Of a stretch of DNA of 50,917 nucleotides, positions 1 through 11,083 are shown piece by piece. The stretch lies in contig NW_021834298.1 of NCBI RefSeq assembly GCF_006345805.1, positions 1 to 50,917 on the forward strand, written 5' to 3'. Position 1 is the stretch's first letter. Every line of letters begins with the position of its first letter. Source of the stretch: Octopus sinensis. Its lineage: Eukaryota. A program made the translations under genes and the position numbers. The notes under the pieces were generated by a model. The model searched no databases. It worked only from the letters and a program-made list of their open reading frames with translations, and was not told the DNA's origin.

Positions 1-174
1 TAATTTCTTATATACATTACAACTAACCACGTGGGAATAATCGAAATTCTTCTTTTCTGTTACTACTACATATATATTATATATATATTATATATATATA
101 TATATATATATTCGATAAAAATGGTAGACAACAAAAGAATGAAAGGACCTCGATATTATGTAAATAGAGGAATT

Positions 175-376
175 TATCTGTAAATGTAATATGTGACAAT
201 TATTCGGTAGCCATGATAAAACTCCGAGTTTCGGATGCCGAGGTGGACATCCATAGCATTTTTCCGATGGCCGGATAACTGAAGAAATGGCGGCGTGGAT
301 TTCCACCTTGGCATCCGAAACTCGGAGTTTTATCATGGCTACCGAATAATTGTCACACATATTACATTTACAGATA
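175..376. repeat. Fold-back (MITE-like) inverted repeat, ~79-bp arms, ~42-bp spacer
   Basis: 175-253 is the reverse complement of 296-376 apart from 2 substitutions and a 2-nt indel; TA-rich microsatellite nearby on both sides. Confidence 0.75.
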
Positions 377-425
377 TACATACATACATATATATATATA
401 GAGAGAGAGAGACAGACAGACAGAC

Positions 426-458
<33 letters not shown>

Positions 459-984
459 GAGATAGAGACAGAGAAATGAAGATATGCATAAACAAACGAC
501 GTAACGTTTACTGAATGTAAAACGATCGGGAGACAGACATAAGGTCCGTAATTCTTCCTCGGTTATCGACCAATTTGTAATATTCTGTTTCGAACCTTTA
601 ACGCTAAGACTGAGTGCTTCCCAATTGACGGTGTCCGCAAATAAAAGTTTTTTTGCGGAGAATTAGGGACGAGAGCAAACAAAGCAAAAGAAAACGAAAC
701 AAGCAAAATGACACAGAGTGTGATTGAAGGCGGTAGACGAGGGCGAGCAGTGGAACGAAATAGGGCCTTGGAGCCAAGGAGACGATAATAGTGGGTAACG
801 CTTAGAAGATGTCTTGAAGGATGGGGAACGAAGAGACAGAGAATTTGCGAGTGGTCAGCTACGAGACCAGTGTAAGAGAAGAAGATAAAGGTAACTGACC
901 ACTGGTCACGTGACAAGAGCAGGGAGAGGGAGCGACAGAGGAAGAATGGAACGAGATGAAAGTGAAGGAGAAAGGCTATGAATA

Positions 985-1081
985 CAAGAGGAAGAGAGGG
1001 AAATTGATTGAGTAGAAAGGCTAGAATAGAAGTGAGAGTGTGGGAGAAAGAAAAGGGGTAAGAATGAAGGCAAGAGAGAGT

Positions 1082-1123
<42 letters not shown>

Positions 1124-1709
1124 CAGGAGTATTATATGCGTGCATACATACGTGACTGACGCAATCTGTATTTCAAGACGTATTTGGTAAGTAAATAAGA
1201 CAATTCTAGTCTCACAAAATCCCAAAATATTTTTTAAAAAGCATTTCTGGGCGTGTTCTTGATAAACTTTCTTATAATTCTTATAAATTATAAATCTAGC
1301 GGGAGGCAATGGCCTCTTGGAGCTAATCAACGGCAGCTTTCGTCCTATATTTATGGACTGCCATATTAGCTTGGCGATAACTGTTAATATCCAGTACCGC
1401 TGCCGTAGTCGCGTTTAGAGAGACTTAGAAATAATAATATTTCTACTTATAAAGATTGCTTTCTGTTTTGGGGTCACGTGGACTTTGTGAGAAGGTGCGG
1501 AGTCTTGTTGAAACCGGTATGATGTTTTACTGCGTACTTCATCCATCCAGGGCTTCACTAGTATCTCCAGCACCACAGTTGTATCCAACAGTTCTAATTG
1601 TAAGACCCTGTGGCAAAATGTAAGGTGGCATTATGTAACCTTTGTTACTCACATCTCCTAAAACCATCATAGTTGCTGGAAACTTAGTGTACATTACTCT
1701 AGAATCTGC
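985..1709 (-). mobile_element. Tc1/mariner (DD37D/maT-like) transposon 3' half, decayed
   Basis: Minus-strand translation of ~1470-1705 gives TKFPATMMVLGDVSNKGYIMPPYILPQGL / VLEILVKPWMDEVRSKTSYRFQQDSAPSHKVHVT (FQQDSAPSH is the second catalytic Asp motif); frameshifted. Confidence 0.75.
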
Positions 1710-2273
1710 ACATTGAGGTGCTGGAAATAGTTGTTAAGTCTGGAAGGCTGAAGCACGAAGAAAACATGTTTCAACAAAACCCCGAAACAGAAAGCAATCT
1801 TTACAATCACGTAACGCCAGTCTTGTGTCCGTCAGACTCACCAAACTTAAATCTCATGGATGACTACGTAGGCAGTATTGTTGAAAGGGGGAGACTAATG
1901 AATATAAAGCCCTATGGCTTCACTGAAGGCTGCCATTGCTCAGAAGATGGTTGAAATGTATGTGGACATATGTCAAAGATTCCATTCCCGCATTAAAACA
2001 GTCATCGAAGTTGAAGACGAATTCATAGATTAATCTTATAAGAAAGTTTATCAAGAACACGCCCAGGAATGTTTATTAAAATACTTTGGGATTTTGCGAG
2101 ACTAGAATTGTCTTATTTAATTACCAAATACGTCTTGAAATACAGCTTGCGTCACGTATGTATGTATGCACGCATGTAATACTCGTGTGACTCTCTCTCT
2201 CTCTCTCTCTGCCTTCATTCTCCCCCCTTTTCTTTGCTTCACCCTCTCACTTCTATTCTAGCCTTTATACTTA

Positions 2274-2338
<65 letters not shown>

Positions 2339-2340
2339 AT
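1710..2340 (+). mobile_element. Tc1/mariner (DD37D/maT-like) transposon 3' half, decayed
   Basis: EVLEIVVK..FQQN..HVTPVLCPSDSPNLNLMDDYVGSIVER resembles the WPPxSPDLNPLDY motif; C-terminus ..FHSRIKTVIEVEDEFID* ends near 2032; 2036-2340 is an inverted copy of ~985-1280. Confidence 0.7.
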
Positions 2341-2375
2341 ACCTAGACTTCAGTAAGCAGAAAAAGATCTTACAA

Positions 2376-2608
2376 GGTGGCGAACTGGCAGAAACGTTAG
2401 CACGCCGGGCGAAATGCTGAGCAGTATTTCGTCTGCCACTACGTTCTGAGTTCAAATTCCGCTGAGATCGACTTTACCTTTCATTCTTACGGCGTTGATT
2501 AAATAAGTACCAGTTACGCACTGGGGTCGATATAATCGACTTAATCCGTCTGGCTGTCCTTGTTTGTCCTCTCTGTGTTTAGCCCCTTGTGGGTAGTAAA
2601 GAAATAAG
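2376..2608 (+). mobile_element. tRNA-derived SINE, family A (monomer)
   Basis: Head TGGCAGAAACGTTAG (A-box-like) and GAGTTCAAATTCC (B box); same body as the arrays at 10244-12404. Confidence 0.85.
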
Positions 2609-3017
2609 TATTCTAATGGAATAATCTATAGTTATAAGATTAAATTCACGAAGATTTCCGTTATGTCGGATTTCCGTTATGTCGGATTTAGTGTACTGGG
2701 AGCAGTAGATGATAGTTTGAAAAATTTTCCTTCGTGTGGGGATCAGAATCCTAACTTGAGATCATAACCCGAAATCTCACGTGTTCCTCATCAAATAACT
2801 CTACCGTTCACTCTTACATAACTTTTCTAGTTCGGGTAGCATATGCATGTGGTGGCATATACATATGATGTCGTACATGTAGCACTTCTTTAAACAGAGA
2901 TATGAATACTATCCTTCAATGGGTGAATGACTGTGGAGTCTATTTTACTGCCATCATCTTCAACACCAATAATACTTCAACATCCCTACTGATAGAAAAC
3001 CGAAATTACCTCAAAGT

Positions 3018-3465
3018 TTGCAAGTTTTGTCTAGTGAATGTTTTAAAAAAAGATGGGTGAATGTAGCAAGGATGGCACGTATGAATGACGAAGCCACCTT
3101 GACTATGATTCTATGAGCCGTAAAAATGAATACAGAGAGTTGCTTATTTGCAAAAAAAAAAAAAAAAGAAATATAACATGCGACTTCATTGACCGAGGTT
3201 ACCGTAGTTTTTTCCGTAGGTTTTTCTTTCCACGGGTAAACCCCACCTGTCCTCCCCTTTATACTTCATATTGACATTTCTGTGATAATGATCCCTATTG
3301 ATCCAATTTTTTTCCTTTCCCTCCCCCCTTTTTTGTCCTCTTTCTTTCCATTTACGATCCCTTTTGATCGAAAACCAAACCCCCTTCTTTTACCCCCAAA
3401 AGAAAAGCTCTACCTTGTAATTTTGTCCTGTCTGTGTGCAGCCCTGTGTGGCTAATAAAGAAACA

Positions 3466-3466
<1 letters not shown>
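3018..3466 (+). mobile_element. Tx1/L1-like LINE 3' end (ORF2 C-terminus plus 3' UTR)
   Basis: QVLSSECFKKRWVNVARMARMNDEATLTMIL* parallels the end of the 8830-9250 fragment (DLSRDRFMRRWKPVAR); the UTR ends AATAAAGAAAC directly into (TATC)n; same UTR recurs at 14707-15074 and 15913-16280. Confidence 0.65.
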
Positions 3467-3511
<45 letters not shown>

Positions 3512-3518
3512 ATCTACA

Positions 3519-3564
<46 letters not shown>

Positions 3565-3570
3565 CCTATC

Positions 3571-3615
<45 letters not shown>

Positions 3616-3644
3616 CCTATCTATCTATCTATCTATCTATCTAC

Positions 3645-3685
<41 letters not shown>

Positions 3686-3724
3686 CATCTATCTATCCAT
3701 CCATCTATCTATCTATCTATCTAC

Positions 3725-3775
<51 letters not shown>

Positions 3776-3776
3776 C

Positions 3777-3815
<39 letters not shown>

Positions 3816-3870
3816 ATCTATCTGTCTGTCTGTCTGTCTGTCTGTCTGCCTGCCTGTCTGTCTGTCAGCC
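3467..3870. repeat. (TATC)n then (TGTC)n microsatellite
   Basis: Direct inspection. Confidence 0.97.
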
Positions 3871-3960
3871 TGCTTATCATTTGCTAATTATGTACGCACG
3901 CATACTCACATATATTACAAAAGGCTCACAAGTGCAGACACACGAAACGCTCACAGATAT

Positions 3961-3994
<34 letters not shown>

Positions 3995-4164
3995 GCAAGG
4001 GAATCTGTCCGTTCTTTCCCGAAAGCGAAGTCGCTGCAAACTTTCACGGGGGTGCACAGTTATGGGCATTGATTACTGAAGCATGCAGGTGCATGCAGTT
4101 AGTTGCAGCACCTGCATCAAAATCAACTGTGCAGCTTTCCACTAATTGAACAGAGGCACAAACA

Positions 4165-4329
4165 ATATGCAATCTCACACACACACACACACACACACGC
4201 ATACATACACATGCACTTAAATACACACATATAAACGCACTTACATACACATACCTGCACATATATACTTACACACGTATACACATACCCGCACATATAT
4301 TTTCACATACACATATATATATATATGTA

Positions 4330-4365
<36 letters not shown>

Positions 4366-4440
4366 CACACAAATATATATATATGTATGTATGTATGTAT
4401 GTATATATATATATACACACAAATATATATATATGTATAT

Positions 4441-4473
<33 letters not shown>

Positions 4474-4543
4474 CACACAAATATATATATATGTATATAT
4501 ACATACATACATACATACATACATACATACATACATACATACA

Positions 4544-4579
<36 letters not shown>

Positions 4580-4766
4580 TATATATACATATATATATGC
4601 ATGTATACATACATATATGTGCATACCAAAATATATATGTATATATTTGTGCATATATGGGTATAGGACGTCAAAAAACGTGAACAAAAGGAAAAACGAG
4701 AACATAAAAAAACAAAAACATGGAAAACGAACTTTTTCGGACAACGAAAGAAACAATAGGCAGCAT

Positions 4767-4799
<33 letters not shown>

Positions 4800-4822
4800 T
4801 AATATATATATTATATATATAT

Positions 4823-4883
<61 letters not shown>

Positions 4884-4950
4884 GTATATATACATACATA
4901 CATGTATATATGTATATATACATACATACATGCATATATGTGTGTGTGTA

Positions 4951-5000
<50 letters not shown>

Positions 5001-5015
5001 GTATGCATATATACA
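4165..5015. repeat. Compound (CA)n/(TA)n/(TATG)n microsatellite region
   Basis: Direct inspection; explains the many Y/I/M/C-rich ORFs. Confidence 0.95.
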
Positions 5016-5569
5016 CACAAATAAATCTATATACATAACAAAAGAAAGCACATACGAACAAACATATTTATTTATATCGTTGCTATTATGGAAAAGTGTC
5101 GTAAGTCCGAAACGTCGCTTTATCAGAAAATACAAAAAAATAGTTGCATCATTTCATTTCTTTTTACATTAGCAACAGTTTCAGCTGAACAATAAATACT
5201 TTGTTGGCTGCATAAAATCATCACTCCATGCATTTGTGATATTTTCAGTTAGAAATATTTTTGCAAAACTGTCGTCTGTGAGTCTTACCATTCTTTTGTA
5301 TAATGCTAAACCGTTGTACTACGCTTTGACAATTTTCATATCTTGGCATCTGAAGCAGCTGGAGATATGATACTTTGACCAAAAGAACCGGGCCCCTAGC
5401 AATTTATCTCTTTTAACATCTCAGTTTGATGAGCAATGCGAAACCGATCCTTACTTCAATTATGTTGAAAGAACAAAATTGTATATCTGTATTATCATGG
5501 CTCGAATATACTCTTAAGTCCTGTAAAACAAATCTTCTGTGTTTTTACATCTTTTCTCTTTCTCCTTCC

Positions 5570-5639
<70 letters not shown>

Positions 5640-6543
5640 CACACATATATATATAGATATACATATACTTGCATATAAGAGAACAAAGTGTACGTTCGCC
5701 GCTGTATATATATAAAAAAATACAAAATGGGACAAGAACGCAAAACATCCAGATAGACGATACTAAAAACATGGATGGGTCATTCGAAGCCTTTAATCTT
5801 CAGTCAAGAACCGGATCATCCTCGCAATTTCGGCTGATTAATCTTGAGATTGCTCCAATCTGGCCAGCCCCAAGGAAAAACTAAGCTAAGAGCATTAGAT
5901 TGCTTGGAAGAAAGCATCGAATGTATACGAAACAAGGACGGAAAAACGGACGATGTTACACGAATATAAATACAACACATACATACATACATACATACAT
6001 ACATACATACATACATACATACATACATACATGCATACATGCATACATATATGCAGATTAGAGAAGTACAGTTTTCATTGTCTAATATACAGGAATTTTT
6101 TAATTATACTTTTTTAAAGCCAAACCAATGAAAATTATAAGATAGCACACGTCGATACCATTACCTCTGGTATTTCAAGACTTTGGGGCTATAACCCTTC
6201 TTCGGGAAATTTATGAAGAAAAGGTGTTGATAGCTATCAACATCTTTTCTCTGTAAAGTTCTTCGAGATGCCAGTTAATAGTGCTAACCATCGACCTGTA
6301 TTATTAATTTTTTTTTTTCAATTACCGTCTGCCAAATCCACTTACAAGGCTTTGATCGGCCCAAGGCTATAATAGAAGACATTGCCCAAGGTGCTATGCA
6401 GTGGGACTGAACCCGGAACTATGTGGTTGAGAAGCAAGCCTCTTACCACACAGCCACCCCTGCGCCTGCAAGCCACTCCTATAGGTAGTAGATCGCCGAA
6501 CCGAGGGAAAATAACGAAGTGTTAGCGCTAAGCAGTGTTTAGG

Positions 6544-6801
6544 TATGAGTAGAATTAAGTAAGCTGAAATATTTCAACTGCTAAAAGGCAAATACACTGC
6601 CGTTAACGTGGAGAACATATCTCTCTTCTGGTAAAAAGAAAGTGTGAAAACTCCTGGTTCGTTCAGTGTCGCCATCTATTAGACATCCCTGACGCCTTTT
6701 TACCATAAGAGAGAGATACATTCTCCACGGTAAGTGCAATATGCTTTATAGCAGTTGAAATATGTGACGAACATATTTCAACTTATCTAATTCTGTTCAT
6801 A
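6544..6801. mobile_element. MITE-like fold-back element
   Basis: 6544-6638 imperfectly complementary to 6696-6801; ~57-bp spacer contains CGCCATCT; TA at the ends (Tc1/mariner-type by inference). Confidence 0.6.
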
Positions 6802-7352
6802 TTATATTCTCACCTTTGATCGGGTAGTTGGGCAATGTACATAAGGTGTTGCCTTGTGCCGGCCCATTTTTAGCCAAGACTCCTCACGGAAAGGTTGCTG
6901 AGGATGTCGGTCGTATGTTCAATACCTCCCTACGGATCGCACGGCAATTGCAGCAGGTGTTTATTTTTTTTTCCTTTGAAATGTGGAGGTTTCAAAAGGC
7001 GTATGCTATGGTTGTATGTGTGGGTTTTGTGAGGTGATGTTCTGACATTTGAAGTAGGAGTTTAGACAGCCATTCTTCATCAGGATGTTTCGGAATTATA
7101 TGGTGCTAGACTTCTCGTTTCTCGGCTTGCTGCATTTTCTGCACATCCAATGGCTCTCCTTTCTAACGTAGACCATCGTAGCTCTATTGAGAAGGGACAC
7201 ATTGAATGCACAAATACGCTTTTGCATGTCGCCCTTTGGTAAAAGTTAGAGAGGATAGATCGGTCCTCTGTGATTTTGAATTCAAAATAGAACAGAGATA
7301 AGGAACCGGCGTCATAGGGTGCTCCACTTCAAATTTTATAGGTTCACACACA

Positions 7353-7388
<36 letters not shown>

Positions 7389-7778
7389 AGAGGTGGGTAA
7401 GTACTACACCCATTCTTTTATTTTTTTCCGGTTGCCCGAAACTGTTTGGCGAGAGGAAAGAAGTTGTCACCAAACCAGGGAACTGTTCTGAAGGCACCAA
7501 ATTACCAAAGTTGTGGCGTTAAACGAAACGACAGACAAGGCCTGGCACTAATGAACTCAGGTTGCAAAGAATCGGATGAGACACCTCAAGGCAAATCATC
7601 CTGCTGCTCTGATATACTTTGGAAGGGTTATTTTACCAATAACAACTTACACATTTCTTGTACTTCTTCACTTTCTTATCGATTAATGAGCTGATCAACG
7701 CATCATCGATTCAGTCATTTTTTTTTTACAAAGTCCTTCGCCACCCTACTGAAGGTTGTTGATAAGACATTATAGGAA

Positions 7779-8158
7779 GGCGGCGAGCTGGCAGAAACGT
7801 TAGCACGCTGGGCGAAATGCTGAGCGGTATTTCGTCTGCAGTTACGTTCTGAGTTCAAATTCCACCGAGGTCGACTTTGCCTTTCATCCTTTCGGGTTCG
7901 ATGAATTAAGTACCAGTTACGCACTGGGTTCTATATAATCGACTTAATCCGTTTGTCTGTCCTTGTTTGTCCCCTCTATGTTTAGCCCCTTGTGGGTAGT
8001 AAAGAAATAGGTATTTCTTCTGTCTTTACGTTCTGAGTTCAAATTCCGCCGAGGTCGACTTTGCCTTTCATCCTTTCGGGGTCGATAAATTAAGTACCAG
8101 TTGCGTACTGAGGTCGATCTAATCGACTGGCCCACTCCTCTAAAATTTCAGGCCTCTT
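7779..8158 (+). mobile_element. SINE family A, dimeric
   Basis: Full head and body, then a second partial unit restarting at GGTATTTC near 8010. Confidence 0.8.
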
Positions 8159-8487
8159 CTACCTAGGGTAGAAAAAGATAGATACATGATGGGTGGGGTG
8201 GGGTGAAAGACATTGTAAAAAAAACCCCAATCAATACAGCCAATTATTATTGATTAATTGATCAATTAGCCAACAATAAAGACGGGGAAATACAAACATC
8301 GTATGTGTTATTGGCTGAATGACTTCTTCGCCCCAAACTCGCCCCCGAAACCCTTCCCTCATTCCCACCCCCACGTCTCGGATTCCTCAAACCACAGAAA
8401 TATCTGTTTCAAAACATAAGTTTGCATTAAGAACCTTAATAAACAAATACAAAAGGGAAACACACACACTCACACACACACACAAAC

Positions 8488-8518
<31 letters not shown>

Positions 8519-8530
8519 TACACAAATACA

Positions 8531-8573
<43 letters not shown>

Positions 8574-8659
8574 ACTCATAGACACACACTCATGCTCATC
8601 CATCAGTATGTAAATATATGAGTGAATGTGTATGTAAGCGCAGATACATATACATATAT

Positions 8660-8733
<74 letters not shown>

Positions 8734-8829
8734 ATATATATAATACACAACACATACACTTATATGTGTGTGTGTGTTTCTGTGTTTTGTGCGTCTTTGT
8801 ACTTCTCTCTTGCCGCTCCACAGCGCTCT

Positions 8830-9250
8830 GTCTGCTGCCAGAAACCGCTAAAGCGTGGGCCGGAGATGCCTTGGCTGAGGATGCGAAAATTCGCGTTAAG
8901 GTTAAGGCACCTCTGGCTTTACCTGGATGGAGAGCAGGTGTGGTCACCGCACGTTCGGTTCTACCTTCTGCAATTATCTCTATCATCGAGATTGTGCCGC
9001 CTCCTGCCCTTATCAGGGAAAGGAAGGCTTGCTTTTTCTGCGTAGTAGCCATACTGAAAGAAACAGTATGGAAGACGCGTGTGAGAGGCATAGTGTCGGG
9101 TACCTTTGTCTCCGGCCAGGGGTTGGTTAACTTTTTTAGTTACCACCTCAGTAATAAAATCAGGCTGGAGAAAAGTGACCTGTCACGAGACAGATTCATG
9201 AGAAGATGGAAGCCTGTGGCGAGGAAGCTGGGAGTGTTTGGCACCAGGTA
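8830..9250 (+). mobile_element. Tx1/L1-like LINE ORF2 C-terminal fragment, internally deleted
   Basis: MPWLRMRKFALRLRHLWLYLDGEQVWSPHVR in one frame, then VVAILKETVWKTRVRG..HLSNKIRLEK..FMRRW in another; shares the DGEQVWSP motif with 50666-50917. Confidence 0.65.
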
Positions 9251-9429
9251 AGTGGAAGCCAAAAACAGGAAAGAAAAAGCAACGCTTAAGTCAAAAGTTA
9301 TAAACATATTTATTAAATTATTGTATATTTTAAATTGTAAATATTTAATCGCTGCAGCTACTTCACCCTTTTATGTTTGTCTGTTCTTGTTCGTCCCCTC
9401 TATGTAATGTCTTCATGGCAAATATTTAT

Positions 9430-9925
9430 GAAATAAAGTAGCTTGCTTACCAATCACATGGTTCCGGGTTCAGTCACACTACGTGGCACCTTGGTCAGGT
9501 GTCTTCTACTATAGCCTCGAGCTGACAAAAGCCAAGTGAGTGGATTTGGTAGACGGAAACTGAAAGAAGCCGGTCGTATGTGTGTGTGTGTTTGTGTATC
9601 TGCAGTCAAATGACGTAAAAATATGTAAAAGAATAGAAAAAGAATACGTATGTATATACACATGCATACATATAGGATTATATGTAGTATGCGCGTGTCT
9701 ATATTTGTGCGTCCCTGTTTATTCCCCACCAACACTTGACAACCGGTGTCGGTGTGTTTACATCCCTGTAACGTAGCGGTTCAGCAAACGAGACTGATAA
9801 AATAAGTATGGCTTAATAAAAGAAAAAAATGTACTGATCGATGTAGGGTTCGATGCGTTCGACTAAAATCTTTGAAGGCGTTGCTCCAGCATGGCCGCCG
9901 TCTAATGCCTGAAACGAAGTAAAAG
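9430..9925 (+). mobile_element. SINE family B with internal microsatellite
   Basis: Matches the full-length copy at 19891-20285. Confidence 0.75.
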
Positions 9926-10243
9926 ATACGCCAACCACCAGAAGCAGCACCAATCTAAAACAGCTTCCAAACTGACATGCCTTTCTGCCTTCGGGCTTCT
10001 TTCAGTTTCCGTCTCCAAAATCTACTCTGAAGGCTTTGATCGACACCAGGCTATAGGAGAAGACACTTGTCCCAAGGTGTCATGCCAGTGGAAGTGAACC
10101 GTAGGATTGAACCTGGAACCATGTGGTTGGGAAGCAAGCTTCTTACCACACATCGCCTATTCTATGTCTTCCCAGATTATAATTTCCCAGACTCGAGCGA
10201 TTGTAAAATGTTACGCATATATAAGCGACAGAGGCAATATTAA

Positions 10244-11029
10244 TACCTATTTTTTTATTACCCACAAGGGGCTAAACACAGAGGGGACAAACAAGGACAG
10301 ACAAACGGATTAAGTCGATTACATCGACCCCAGTACGTAACTGGTACTTATTTAATCGACCCTGAAAGGATGAAAGGCAAAGTCGACCTCAGTGGAATTT
10401 GAAGTCAGAATGTAGCGGCAGACGAAATACCTATTTCTTTACTACCCACAAGGGGCTAAACACAGAGGGGACAAACAAGGACAGACAAACGGATTAAGTC
10501 GATTACATCGACCCCAGTACGTAACTGGTACTTATTTAATCGACCCTGAAAGGATGAAAGGCAAAGTCGACCTCAGTGGAATTTGAACTCAGAACGTAAC
10601 GGCAGACGAAATACCTATTTCTTTACTACCTACAAGGGGCTAAACACAGAGGGGACAAACAAGGACAGACAAACGGATTAAGTCGATTACATCGACCCCA
10701 GTACGTAACTGGTACTTATTTAATCGACCCTGAAAGGATGAAAGGCAAAGTCGACCTCAGTGGAATTTGAAGTCAGAATGTAGCGGCAGACGAAATACCT
10801 ATTTCTTTACTACCCACAAGGGGCTAAACACAGAGGGGACAAACAAGGACAGACATAGGTATTAAGTCGATTACATCGACCCCAGTGCGTAACTAGTACT
10901 TAATTTATCGACCCCGAAAGGATGAAAGGCAAAGTCGACCTCGGCGGAATTTGAACTCACAACGTAACGCAGACGAAATACCGCTAAGCATTTCGCCCGG
11001 CGTGCTAACCACTCTGCCAGCTCGCCGCC
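10244..11029 (-). repeat. Tandem array of 4 x 184-bp SINE-A units plus head, flanked by a 12-bp direct repeat
   Basis: Unit starts at 10244, 10428, 10612, 10796; CAATATTAATAC at 10235-10246 and 11029-11040. Confidence 0.93.
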
Positions 11030-11083
11030 AATATTAATACTGAGAGGCAAACGTGGATGTTTCGTTAGACGACAAGATGGAGG

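Noticed and set aside
2652-2697. Tigger/pogo-like MITE (16-bp doublet ending ..GTGTACTG)
   Set aside because: Only one terminus is visible; the partner TIR was not found
3434-5172. YLSI-, YI- and CV-rich ORFs (also 13121-14097, 45555-45969, 48427-50685)
   Set aside because: Translations of (TATC)n, (TA)n, (CA)n and (CT)n microsatellites
5745-5965. Hammerhead ribozyme from CTGAAGA and GAAA on the minus strand
   Set aside because: Stems I and III and the NUH site could not be formed in any permutation
7075-7125. Hammerhead from GAAAC..CTGATGA on the minus strand
   Set aside because: The motifs are only 3-4 nt apart, leaving no room for the required stems
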